A stretch of 64,000 nt of DNA from Azolla caroliniana (taxonomy: Eukaryota; Plantae; Polypodiophyta): the NCBI GenBank assembly GCA_043228905.1, contig JBHGNT010000016.1, positions 8,804,001 to 8,868,000 on the forward strand, given 5' to 3'. This document shows, piece by piece, positions 11,465 to 24,816 of this stretch. Positions within the stretch are counted from its first letter, which is position 1. Each line of letters starts with the position of its first letter. The position numbers were made by a program, and so were the translations under genes. The notes beneath the pieces were generated by a model. It was given only the letters and a program-made list of their open reading frames with translations, did no database searches and had not been told where the DNA came from.

Positions 11465-14400
11465 TGACATGGACATGACAACTGTCATGTCATGATTCGA
11501 ACTCTTGACCTATTATATTTAATCGATATGTTTTAACCAATACATCCAATAGATAATCATGTTTCCTTGTTAGATTATTGTAGATTATCTATTCTACATG
11601 TAGGATTTTAGAAGCTTCCAAAAAGCTCCAGAAGCTAGAACATTCTAGAAGCTTGTGCATGAAAATGAGTCTTTGCATGGGGCTACATTTAGAGCCCATA
11701 AACATGTACAAATACAGGGGTTCACCTTGGCCTTAGTCAAGGTGAACAACACCAGTTACGGAATCATAATTCAATTCTTGTTCTCTTGACTACTTTCTCT
11801 CTCTCTTTCTTATTATCTTGTCTATGATCTCTCTCTCACTCTCTTAGTATTGAGCCTCGTCTACTTGGCCATGACAGTTTGTTCATCTTCCATCTCCAAA
11901 GCCTCATCATGTCAGATTCTACTGAGAACATAAATCAACTATTGGCAGCCATGTATCAACTTCAACTTGAAAATGATAATCTTCGGGAATCTCTCCAGAG
12001 ACTCTAAGCTAGGACTCCAATGGAATTGGAGAATGAAGAACCCAAGTGCCCTCCTACATCAAGGAATCTCCAATCTGTAGCGATTGGCCCCTCGTCAATC
12101 CTCGCTCCAATTCCTCTTCACCCCACTTCAACAATAGGACCCAATGTTAGTTTACCCAACAAGTTCGATGGCACAAGGGCATGATTCCGGGGGTTCATAA
12201 ATAAGATCAAGATTATTATTCAGCTACAACCCCAAAGATATGCTAATGATTTTTTCCGAGTTGGCCTCGTTGGGACTCTCCTCTTGGGAGTTTCACAAAC
12301 TTGGTTCGCACCTTTGGTCGAAATATCATCGCCACTTCTCGACAATTTTTCTCCTTTCCTAGAAGAGTTCGAGGCAACATTTGGGGATACGGATCGGCAT
12401 CAAACAAGCCTTACCAAACTCTATTCATTACATCAAGGTAAGCCTCCCATGTCTATTTATGCATCCAATTTTAGACAATTGGCATGTGATGTTCAGTGGG
12501 ACGACCAAGCCCTTTGTGACCATTTTCGTCGGGGCCTTCGAAGTGATGTTAAGAATCTACTACTAAACTTCCCAGAGCCGACTTCATTATCACAAGCCAT
12601 CAAGCAAGCAGTCAATTGTGACAACCGCCTTTTTGAACTTCGACAAGAGGAACGGGCAACTTCCAAGTTATCACCCTCTTTTCTCCACGTTAAACCTATG
12701 GTACAACCCCAAGTGACTGCAAGATCTTCTCCAATGACATCGTTCAATGATCCTATGCCGATGGAAATTGATCGAGCTCGAGCCCCACTCACCACGCCCG
12801 AATGACACCATCGACGAACCAATGGGTTATGTCTATATTGAGACGCCTCTACCCATCTAATTCATTTTTGCACACTCAAAAGCAATCTACGACAAGTCTA
12901 TCAGGACAATCCAACTAGTGGGTCCCAACATTCGGAAAACGACGATGTTCAACTACAGTAGGAGCCATGTGGTTGGACAAGATACATACATGTTGCTCCC
13001 AAAGTTCTACTAACGACTTTTCCTTCGAGGTAACTCTCTGTTTCTAGTCTATTTCAATTCAATCCTTACCGCTACTCGATTCCGGGGCCATGACGTGTTT
13101 TATGGATGAAACGTTTGTTCATAAACACAACTTTCCTATTGTCCAGTTGTCCAAGCCTATCCCAATCAAAGCTATCAATGGGAATGCTCTCCTCTAGCGC
13201 AGTCACCGAAGCCACCATCACCCTCATTTTGCAGCTCAGGACCCATCAGGAGGCCTTATCATTTTACCTCATCACTTCACTGTGGCATCCAATCATACTT
13301 GGGTTGTCTTGGTTGAAAGCAAAATAACCTTGTTATAGATTGGCACAATCACTCACTTACTTTTCAACTGCAAACTCACATGGAGGTTGGAGCGGCTTCC
13401 AATGTCGTTGTGTCAGAATGGCCCGAATCATTTTTTGTCGAGCACTCCTCCATTCAACTCGGACCAATGCACTTGGATGCTCATGCCCCAGTCACAATGC
13501 ACTCCATCTCAATGGGCAATGACTCAGAGTTGAGTACCCCAGCTTTGGTTCCTATGAAAGCCAATCTGGACTCGCTTCCATCCAAATATGGTGACTTTGT
13601 TGATGTGTTCGAGACGAAGAATGCAGATCACTTACCGGACCATCGACCATATGATTGTTCGATCGATCTACAGGAGAGCACATCTCCACCCTTTGGGCCC
13701 ATCTATAGTCTCTCTGAACCAGAACTAGAGGCTCTTCGCACATATCTCGATGAAAATTTGGAGAAGGGCTTCATCCAACCGTCTAAGTCACTAGCTAGGG
13801 CCCCCATCTTGTTTGTAAAGAAAAAGGATGGATCATTGCGTCTATATGTGGATTACCTCTCATCCTAGAGCTCCTCGATTGCCTTCGTTGTGCACAAGTC
13901 TTCTCCAAGATTGACTTGCGGAGAGCATACAACTTGGTCCAGATTAAACCTGGTGATGAATGGAAGACGACATTTCATACGCGATACAAACATTTCGAGT
14001 ACACAATAATGCCTTTTGGACTCACCAATGCTCCAGCTTTTTTTCAACATATGATGAATGACATATTTCGAGAATATCTCGATCACTTTGTCATTATCTA
14101 CCTTGATGACATTCTTGTCTTCTCGTCGAGCATTGAAGAGCATACTCACCACGTTCGATTGATTCTCTCAAAACTCAAGGAGCATGGCCTCTATGCCAAG
14201 AGAGAAAAATGTGAGTTTGATTGCAATTCCGTACAATTTCTTCATTATGTTATCTCCCCCCAGGGCATCACCATGGATCCAAAGAAAATCAAGACAATTC
14301 AAGAATAGGTGACTCCAAAACGAGTAAAGGATGTCCAGTCGTTCCTTGGTTTCGCAAATTTCTATCGGCGATTTATCAAGGGGTTCTCCATGATAGTCCA

Positions 14401-16789
14401 ACCCTTGATTGAGCTTACTCGTAAAGGGATATCGTTTCAATGGATTACATCTACTCATCACGCCTTCCACCTAAACAAGGAAGTTTTTACCCGAGCTCCA
14501 GTCCTCCTTCACGTCGACCCTACTAAGCCTTTTCAAGTTCAAAGAGATGCCTCTGACTTTGGCATTGGTGCCCTCTTATCCCAACCCAATGATGAGGACA
14601 TCCTACACCCGGTGGCGTACTACTCCCGAAAATTCACATCTCCAGAAATCAACTATCCCATCTACGACAAGGAGCTCGTGGCTATAGTGGCAGCTTTCAG
14701 GGAGTGGAGACCTTACTTGGTTGGGGTGCAATATCGGGTTTAGGTATTAATAGATCATAAAAAATTATTGTATTTCTCAACAACCCGTACTTTGAATCTA
14801 CGGCAAGCCCGTTGGTCAAATTTCTTAGCCGACTATGACTTTGAAATTGTCTTTCGACCAGGGGCACAAAATATGAAGGCTAATGCTCTTTCACGATGGT
14901 CGAATTTTGAGTTGAGCCCAAGGTATGATGCCTATGCTCAACAATCTCAATGTTTTCTTAAACCAGATCAATTCCAACTCTTCGCCACATGCATGCTCCA
15001 TGACGACTCTTTGCTTGAGGAGCTAGCCAAAGAAATTCCCACCAACAAATTCGCCAACGCAATTCAAGAAGGTCTTATTGATCCGTCTAAATCCAAGACT
15101 GAGGAAGACCTTGACTGTTTCATATTCGAGGGGGGATTGCTTTACTGAGACCAACTCTTATATGTTCTAGAGGGCCGATGTCGAACTCAAGTTCTCCAAA
15201 AGTGTCATGATGACCCCTTGGCTGGTCATTTTGGCATTACAAAGACACTCCAATTAATCTCACGAGGATATTGGTGGCCTCAACCATGGAAGTTCGTCAA
15301 GGAATTCATCAAGACATGTGATACTTGCGCTAGATCCAAAGTTATCCACCATAGGCCATATGGGTTGCTCCAACCACTTCCCATTCCCAACCGGCCTTGG
15401 GCATCAATTTCCATGGATTTCATCATTGACTTGCCTCTTGTCCATGGATATGACACAATGCTCGTCATGGTAGATCGGTTTACAAAGATGGCTCATTTTT
15501 CCCCTTGTGCAAAGACTATTTCAGTAGAAGCAACAACCGATCTATTTTTAAAGAATGTGGTACGGCTGCATGGGGTTCCAGATGATGTCACCTCATATCG
15601 TGGACCCAAATTTTTCTCTCGTTTCTTGCGGCGGCTCCTTCAAACATTGGGCACAAAAGTGAATTTGTCTTCGTCCTATCATCCTCAAACTAATGGCCAA
15701 ACGAAAGGGGTGAACCAAATTCTTGAGCAATACCTTCGATGCTTGCTTACCTACCAACAAGATGATTGGGTTGACCTCCTACCCTTGGCAGAGTTCACAT
15801 ATAATAATACGCTACATGGTTCAACTGGGGTCACCCCATTTTTCGCCAACTATGTTTTCCATCCTCGCTTCAGTATTTCCATCCCTAGAAACTTTTTCAA
15901 CCCATCAGCGGAAGGACGTGCTCGTATTTTAGCCAACATTCATCAAGACCTCTCCCTCGAACTCATCCTTGCAAGGAACTGGTATAAAGCGGAAGTTGAT
16001 CGACATCGTTCCGCTACACTTGTCTTTGCAGTTGGTGATCAAGTTTGGCTCTTACGTCACCATGTCGATACTACTCGACCTTGTGGAAAGTTGGATTACA
16101 AGAAGTTGGGGCCTTTCTACATCATTGAGTGAAGACACTATTCCTGGAAGACACTCTCCACCTCCACCTCCAATTGAGCTTTCCACAGGTGAGGAGTATG
16201 AGGTGGACAAGATTTTGGACTCTCGTTTACATCGATGTCAACTTCAATACTTAGTCCTATGGAAAGGGTAGCCCATTTCAGAGGCAACTTGGGAACCAGC
16301 CCAACACTTGGAGAATGCACCGGATGTTGGTCATGCATTTCATCACCAATATCCACAAAAACTAGGGAGGCATCTTCGGAGGCGGCCTTACCAGGGGGAT
16401 AATGTCATGGACATGACAACAGTCATGTCATGATTCAAACTCTTGACCTACTGTATTTAATCAATATGTTTTAACCAGTACATCCAATACATAATCTTGT
16501 TTCCTTACTAGATTATTGCAGATTATCTATTCTACATGTAGGATTTTAGAACCTTCCAGAAAGCTCCAGAAGCTAGAACATTCTAGAAACTTGTGCATGA
16601 AAATAAGTCTTTGCATGGGGCTACATTTAGAGCCCATAAACATGTATAAACACAGGGGTTCACACCAGTTGCGGAATCATAATTCAGTTCTTGTTCTCTT
16701 GACTACTTTCTGTCTGTCTTTCTTATTATCTTGTCTAAGATCTCTCTCTCACTCTCTCAGTATTGAGCCCCGTCTACTTGTCCGTGACA
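11465..16789 (+). mobile_element. Decayed Tcn1/Tf1-sushi-like chromovirus G2 nested in the RT of host H
   Basis: LTRs 11465-11876 (412 bp) and 16403-16789 (387 bp, 25-bp deletion); TSD TCGAG/TCGCG; PPT AGGGGGATAA before 16403; host RT frame restored on removal. Confidence 0.93.
11909..16400 (+). pseudogene. gag-pol of G2 with chromodomain; many stops and small deletions
   Basis: ATG 11909; PMEID; LLDSGA; YLDD; DASDF; HPQTNGQ; EEYEVDKILDSR..YLVLWKG. Confidence 0.9.
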
Positions 16790-18669
16790 TCGCGCACGCC
16801 ATCCGTAAAAGGAAGAGGAAATGTGTCGGTGATGATCGCCACGTTCAACTTTCGATAGTCAATGCAAACCCTTATTTGTCCGTTTTTCTTTGGGATGACT
16901 ATGATAGGGCTTAACCATGTGGCACGTTTGACTAGCCGAATGAACCCTACCTAGAGGAGTTTGTCGATTTCCTCTTTCACTTTTTCCGTATAATTGGGAT
17001 GCATCATATAACGGCGTTGCTGTACAGGAGGTCGTGCATTGTGCTTCCGATAGACTTGGTGATGGTAGTAATGTGTATCCAATCCTTTCATGTCATTGTA
17101 CGACCATGCAGAGACGTGTTGATACTCCGTGAGTAGACCAACCGGTGCCAATCGTTCATCTTGAGCTTGCTCTTTTGCTATTTTTAGCATTCTCGGCTCC
17201 GTGATGGTATCGAGATTAGTCTCGTCTAGTGTTGACGCCTTCACCCATTGCGATATGGCTAGTTCCCGTTTGAGTGCTTCACGCGCATGGCATAATTCTT
17301 CAATTGATTTTGGATCAGACTCTTGGTCTATTGCTCGCGCCTCTACCGCTCACTTGGAAACATATGGGTTGACGACTGTTACGATGTTGATATCAAACAA
17401 CGGAACAATCTTTGGGTGGTCCTCCAGGAAATGATCAACTTCTTCATTAGCTAGTCCATCGAGCATGTGAACCCCTTCCGCATGTAAGGGAGTTGTATCC
17501 TTTGGGGTGCGGATTTGTTCTTCCGTGACAACACGTACCTTTGTCTTCCCTCGGCAAAAAGAGATCATGTTGCTTAATGTTGGCCATGCATAACCAGGAG
17601 CGGTCGTACCCGCCAAGAGCTTGCAATCGTAACACCACCGCCAAAATTGTGAAAGTGTGGCCTCCTAGAATAAAGTCAAGGTGTCGAATTAAACCCATCG
17701 GCTAGACAGAACGTGTATCCGCCATACGCGGCCAAATCGGGCATGGCTCCCATTGGGTGATGCCAAGATTGTGGCACGTGGCCTCGTTGATGATGTTGAC
17801 CCCCGATCCCCCATCGATAATGCAATCGTGAACATCCCATCCTTTGATAACGATCTTGACGACGGGGTTCTGCGATTCCATTAGTGATGGACCTGCCTTC
17901 GTCTAGACAAGGTGCACGAGCATGGTTGTCTACAGTTTGCCCGTAGTTAAAGGATGCCACCGTGTCCTTATACCGTGGAGATAAATGCATGAGCTTATTT
18001 AAGGGCATGTATATCTGGCAGCTGATGAGTGGTTGCCAAATGGGGTTGTTGTACGGCGAACTGGTGGATTGTGAGGAGGTCGACATACCGACAGTGATAT
18101 CTTTCATCTTAGTATGGATGCAGTCGACGTTTCCATTAGTAGCTTTTTCGATCCATTCCTTTTGCAGCTTGACAGACGTCATCCTAGATTTCCCATTGCG
18201 TGGAATGTGCCTGGTTCCTAGTTGTGACCTGTTGAACCTTGGCCATAATGATATTGACTGCAAGTCCTTTGTTGCGATCATTGGCCAGACAATGGGTGGC
18301 ATAATGCCCCTTACAGTTAAAGAACGTAACTTGAACCAAGTTCCTTGATTCCCCTTGCTCGAATTGAGTCATTGGGTGAGGTCGGGAGGTTTCTTTCCGG
18401 GGTGGCCCAACGTACTACTGCCCGCGGTGGTGATCATCCTGAGGCTCGGTGTGAGGGGGCGGCCGACTGTGTGAGGGGCGCGGTGGGTTCCGACGGTCTC
18501 GACGGCGATTATCCGGAGGTCGTCGATTATTTCCCGGTAGCGATCTTCACGTCGATGAAGATCCTCGTACCAGGGCCACTCGGCATCCCGATTCCTAGGT
18601 GGTGGATGATCACGATCATCTTGTCGAGAACGATTGTGGCGGGGCTCAATTTGCCATACGGGACCAGTT

Positions 18670-19278
18670 GTTACGGGCATGACCATATAATATCCCGTGG
18701 TAAGAATTTACCATAGTATTCTATGCACGTGGATAAGTGTGAGGGTTAAACGAGAGTGTAAAGAAGGGGAGGATTACTTTTAATCCTCGGGATTGAGACA
18801 ACCCATTAGGTCAAGTGTGAACTTGCCTGGGGGCCTTGGGTATCGCTATAAATAAGAGGCCTAGCTACCCTCATTTGATCATCTTTTGACTACATTGAGA
18901 CTCTGCTCGTGTGGTGGGTCAACTCTTGTAGCGAGCGCGCCAGCACCAGGTATGACTCGATCGGCGTCCCATACCACCGCCGTGGTGTCGAGTCGTACCT
19001 GGTGCTGGCGCGCTCGCTACAAGAGTTGACCCACCACACGAGCAGAGTCTCGATGTAGTCAAAAGATGATCAAATGAGGGTAGCTAGGCCTCTTATTTAT
19101 AGCGATACCCAAGGCCCCCAGGCAAGTTCACACTAGACCTAATGGGTTGTCTCAATCCCGAGGATTAAAAGTAATCCTCCCCTTCTTTACACTCTCGTTT
19201 AACCCTCACACTTATCCACGTGCATAGAATACTACGGTAAATTCTTACCACGGGATATTATATGGTCATGCCCGTAAC
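18670..19278. repeat. Long inverted repeat of two head-out LTR (U3-R) copies: 291-bp arms, 27-bp spacer
   Basis: 18670-18960 is the reverse complement of 18988-19278 with about 4 mismatches. Confidence 0.95.
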
Positions 19279-19991
19279 GAGGGACGGATGTTGGATACGT
19301 GCGTCATTGGAGCGACCTCACTTGAAGTGGGTCAAGCCCTACGTACTCAACATCATTATGGCTATTGGCGTTTCTTTACGTAACGAAATCGAGGTCATCA
19401 ACGGGGTTATCAACAAGTTAGTTCTAAGAGTATTTTCGCGTTCCCATGTGGCATCTTTTATTGATTTATCCATCCATTTTATTTTAAATTCTCGGATTTC
19501 TTTAGTACGTAATTTTTTTGTTTTAACATCGAGAATTCTTTCTGGTACATGTGGTTTAGAAGATATTTCTTCAGAAGTAACCAGAGTTTCAGTCGTACAT
19601 TAAGGTCTAAGTGCACCTCGGGGTCCTCGTAATAGGACTTAAAGAGCCGAAACCACATATGTGGGCACCGAAACATAGTTTATTATTAACATTTTTTTCG
19701 TGTATCAACAATTCATGACGCGAACATACATGGTTGAGCCTCGGGGAGCCACCATGAAAAAATCGATATAGAGATCAGGGAAAGACATTTATTTGTCACC
19801 CCCATGGTTTTTAAAACACCTTTGTGTTACCATAGTAACCTGATCTTGAACCTCATCTCATACTTCTAGAGGGGTATTGACGTGAGATAATGATATCGAT
19901 TAATGCTCGCCCATGATATGTTTACATCACGACATGATGTTATGACTATATCTCTGACCTTGTCCTATTTCTTTTCCAGAAATAATCTTTA

Positions 19992-22900
19992 ATGGCTCAA
20001 ATTAACGACCCCATGTCATCCGCTCAAGCGGAAGGAACTCAAGGGAATCCTCCTGGACAAATGTCCACTAAGATGTATTTGGCACAAATAACCCAATACC
20101 TTAGTTTCACCGCTCAACAAATGACCGAACTTCGGCAATCTCAGAGTGCTCTTGAGGCACGTGTCATTAGTCTACAACGTGAGACTAATAGACCTGATGA
20201 GCGACAATGTGAACCATCATTTGTCATTAAGCCATTTACGGGAGACAAAAAGGAAAGAACCGAAGAAGCAATCTGCACATGGCTGGGACGATGGGAGTCT
20301 CATTTTGAGCTCTATCCCACGCCAGATAGTACGAAGATTGCATATGTCAGCCGAGAACTCGGGGGTAAGGCCGATGCCTGGTGGCGTGGGCTCCGTACTA
20401 TGGGGAAATTGCCCGATACCTGGACAGATTTTGACACGGTTTTTAAGGGCCAATTTCTGCAACCTCCCTCTCGAACTGAGGCAGCACAAGCTTTAATGAA
20501 CCTCTCTAGCAGGAAATTTTCCTCGCTAGAAGACTATGTTCACCATGCTAGAACCCAAATCCAAAAATCGGGTCTAGAAGGGGACAATTGGTTGATAGCT
20601 TGTTTTGTCAATGGCATCCCCAATTCGGACTATCACTGGATAGTGCACGATAAGGATCCAAAATCCTTCGAAGAGGCCGTTGAAATAGTTCTTCGCTATC
20701 AACGCACTTCGAAGAAGGACCATAACAAACCCAACGAAGCGCCCGGGACTAAGCAATCGCAATTTGTTGGGAAACGCAAGACACCCAACGAATTCCTGGA
20801 TCGCGATTGTAAGCGACAACATCCTTTTTGTGTATTCTGCAAAAAGAAGGGTCATACAAAAGATCAATGTCGAAAGCTCCAACGGAAAGAGCACGACAAC
20901 AAAGCTAAAGCTGCAGACCATACACATCATTTAAGTAATTGTCAATGTTCTTTCCCTCACTATGTATTGGGTCCCAATGATTTACTACGTGCAAACGGGT
21001 ATATCAATGGATCTCCCATACAATTTTTATTTGATTCGGGAAGCTCACACAATTTTGTGAATGATCGTTTGGTTCAGATATGGGGAATCCAACCCACCGT
21101 AAGTGATCACACCTACACGGTGCACTTGGCTGATGGAAGAGTACAATACATCAACGGGGCGATTCATTCATTAGGAATTTCTATTGATACTTATATAGAG
21201 GAAGTAGACTTCCATGTAATGAATCTTTGTACCACCGATGTAATACTGGGTTATCCCTGGTTTTATAATAAAAACTCTTCTTTATTTATTGATTGGGTTC
21301 GTCATTCCATTACTTTTGTATTGAACGATTGTACGCATTTTTATCAATGTGTAAAAAAACAATCCCTCTCAATTGTTTCCTCGTGTCCATCAATATCCGA
21401 GTTGTCTTGTTCTACGTTATTTTATTGTGTACTTGATCCGGACATTCACGTTTACAATATCGATAATGTCCCGATTCAATTAACATATTTTGAACAACAA
21501 CTTGATGAAATCTTAAATGATTTTCATGATGTTTTTCCAAGTGAGCTACCTGATGGGTTACCTCCTAAACGTAATATAGACCATCGTATAGATATTGTAC
21601 CTGGTGTTGCACCAATAAGTATACCTCCGTATCGCTTAAGTCGATCCGAAGAAGATGAGGTATCTAAGCAACTCAAGGACTATTTACGAATGGGTTATAT
21701 ACGTTATAGTAAATCTCCATGGGGTGCACCAAATCTCTTGGTTAAAAAGAAAGAGGGCACATGGCGTACGTGTATTAATTACCGACGCTTGAATAAAGTG
21801 ACGATCAAGAATTCGTATCCATTGCCCCGGGCTGACGATCTAATTGACTGCCTCCAAGGAGCTCGGTATTTTACGAAACTTGATCTCCGTACTGGCTACC
21901 ATCAAATACGAATAAGTGAGGACGATGTTCCTAAAACGGCATTTCGTATGCGCTATGGCCATCACGAGTTTTTGGTTATGCCTTTTGGTTTGACCAATGC
22001 TCCGGCTACTTTTCAACAAGAAATGAATGACATTTTCCGAGGACAACTTGGAAAATTTGTCGTTATTTTCTTGGATGATATTTTAGTTTATAGCCGTACA
22101 TTACAAGAACATGCTAGACATGTCCACTTTGTTTTACAAACATTGCGTGACAAACAGTTTTATGCAAAGATCTCAAAATGTGAGTTCTTCAAGAAATCAA
22201 TTACTTATCTTGAACATCTCATAACCGAATGAGGAGTTGAAATTGATCCTTCTCGCATTGAGAAAATCAAGCTTTGGCCCACTCTTTGGAATATTCGAGA
22301 AGTTCGATCATTCCTTGGTTTTGTCAGGTTTTTGCGAAAGTCTCTTCGTAATTACTCCCAATTGACGATGTCGTTTACTGATCTTTTAAAAGGTCAAACA
22401 CGTAAGTCTACAAAACCTATTGTGTGGAATGGTACACTAGACCTCGCCTTTAAGGAACTCAAGGACCTAGTTTGCAAGGCTCCTTCACTTCTTTTACCTG
22501 ATCCTTTAAAACCTTTTGAGGTTGAAACCGATGCGAGCAATTATGCTATAGGTGTTGTCTTATATCAAGATGGTAAACCAATAGCGTTCGAGAGTAAGAA
22601 ACTTGATTCTGCTCAATGTCGGTATACTGTTCAAGAAAAGGAATTATTTGCAGTTATACATGCGCTCAAAACATGGCGCCATTATCTTTATGGAAATCAC
22701 TTTGTGGTAACTACGGACCACGAGTCCTTGAAATATTTTTGTGACCAACAAGACTTGAAAGGTCGTAAGGCACGATGGGCTGATCTCATCCAAGACTTTG
22801 ATTTTTCCAAGGTTCCATGAACACTGTCGTTGATGCACTAAGTCGCATCCGTGAAGTTAACATGCTTAGCTTCACTGCAATATCATCAGATCTTTATGAT

Positions 22901-24375
22901 CACCTTCGAGGAAAGTATCCTGATGACAGTTATTTCGCAAAATGCTGGGCAAGAGTTGAGTCTGGAACAGACACCACCACATCCTCGAAGGAATACTTCC
23001 ACATTGCTAACGGTTTGCTCTACCGTAATGGGAAGGTTTGTGTTCCAGATTTACCCGAGGTCAAAAAGAGGATTCTTTTTGAATGCCATGATGCACCCTC
23101 AGCAGGGCACCCTGGAATACATCGTACACTCGTTCTCATCTCCACTCAATTTTATTGGCCTAAGATGCGTCCTGACATACATAGCTATGTGACTAAATGT
23201 CACCAGTGTTAGGTTAACAAAGCCGAGCGACTTAAAGCCGCAGGACTTTTACATCCCTTGGACATTCCCAATAATAAGTGGGAAAGTATATCCATGGATT
23301 TTATTGTTAGCCTTCCTCGCAACCAAAAAGGTCATGATGCCATCTGGGTTGTCGTTGATCGACTAACTAAAATGGCCAGATTTATTGGTACAAAAACCAC
23401 GGTAACAGCTCCTGAATTGGCTTACCAATTCGTGGCGAATTGTTTCATTTTTATGGGTTACCGATGGATATCGTGAGTGATCGAGATCCAAAGTTTACTA
23501 GTGACTTCTGGACACAAGTCTTTAAGAAGTTAGAAACTATGTTGAGCATGAGCTCCACGGATCATCCTCAATCCGATGGACAGACAGAACGAGTAAATCA
23601 AATTATTGAGGACATGCTTCGAGCATACGTTGGTGCAAAACCAACAAAATGGGAACGTTATCTCCCAATTTTGGAGTTTGCTTATAACAGCTCCAAGCAT
23701 ACGTCGACGGGATATAGTCCTTTTATGTTGATGTATGGTTTTCAGCCACGAGCCCCGATTGATGTTAATATACATCATGATGAGTTGCGAAGTACGCAAA
23801 ACTTTCTTCGGGATATGCAAGATATGTTGCATATTGCACGAGATAATATAAAAACAGCTCAAGATAGAGCGCGTTTTTATGCCGATCATCATAGGCAACC
23901 TCGTGTATTCAACCCTGGACAGAAGGTATTCTTACGTGTACCTCACAATTCTAAGACATTGTCTACGGGTAAGTGCGCTAAGTTAGCCCCACGGTTTTGT
24001 GGACCTTTTACAGTCCTCAAACGCATTGGGTCATCAGCCTATCGTCTCGCTCTTCCTGATGGTGTCAGAATTCATCCAGTCTTTCATGTGAGTCGTCTAA
24101 AAGAACTTCTAGGTTCTAGCGACAATACAGTTACGACTGAAACTCTGGTTACTTCTGAAGAAATATCTTCTAAACCACATGTACCAGAAAGAATTCTCGA
24201 TGTTAAAACAAAAAAATTACGTACTAAAGAAATCCGAGAATTTAAAATAAAATGGATGGATAAATCAATAAAAGATGCCACATGGGAACGCGAAAATACT
24301 CTTAGAACTAACTTCCCTAACTTTCCATTGCAAGAGTACAATGTTTTAAAGAGGGGGAGTATGTTACGGGCATGA
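19992..24375 (+). pseudogene. gag-pol polyprotein of G3 (single frame originally), now disrupted
   Basis: 746-aa ORF with [24 protein letters not shown] and FLDD; ETDASNY (RNase H); HPQSDGQTER and GPF (IN); PERILD..KW..ATWE chromodomain. Confidence 0.93.
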
Positions 24376-24816
24376 CCATATAATATCCCGTGGTAAGAAT
24401 TTACCGTAGTATTCTATGCACGTGGATAAGTGTGAGGGTTAAACGAGAGTGTAAAGAAGGGGAGGATTACTTTTAATCCTCGGGATTGAGACAACCCATT
24501 AGGTCAAGTGTGAACTTGCCTGGGGGCCTTGGGTATCGCTATAAATAAGAGGCCTAGCTACCCTCATTTGATCATCTTTTGACTACATCGAGACTCTGCT
24601 CGTGTGGTGGGTCAACTCTTGTAGCGAGCGCGCCAGCACCAGGTACGACTCGACGCCACGGCGGTGGTATGGGACGCCGATCGAGGCTCGAGTCCGTCTC
24701 GATCCCTTCGCTCGGGGGTGGTCGGGTGGATCGGCACCCTTCTTTCTCTTTCTCCTTTCTATCTTTCATTTCTTTATCCTTATCTTAAGCTTACTTTAGT
24801 ACCTAGATCTATAATA
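24362..24816 (+). repeat. 3' LTR of G3 (reference copy of this LTR family, 455 bp)
   Basis: Starts TGTTACGGG after the PPT; TATAAATA at about 24540; ends TATAATA (CA mutated to TA) next to the TSD. Confidence 0.92.

Larger units (their letters stand above)
18669..24816 (+). mobile_element. Reina/Tekay-like chromovirus G3 with a rearranged 5' end, nested in gag of host H
   Basis: Exact 5-bp TSD CCAGT (18664-18668, 24817-24821); 3' LTR 24362-24816 after PPT AAGAGGGGGAGTA; 5' LTR begins TGTTACGGG at 18669 and is truncated at 18960. Confidence 0.92.

Noticed and set aside
19992-22232. 746-aa ORF as a host gene or active polyprotein
   Set aside because: It is gag-PR-RT of G3 ending in a premature stop; downstream domains are broken.
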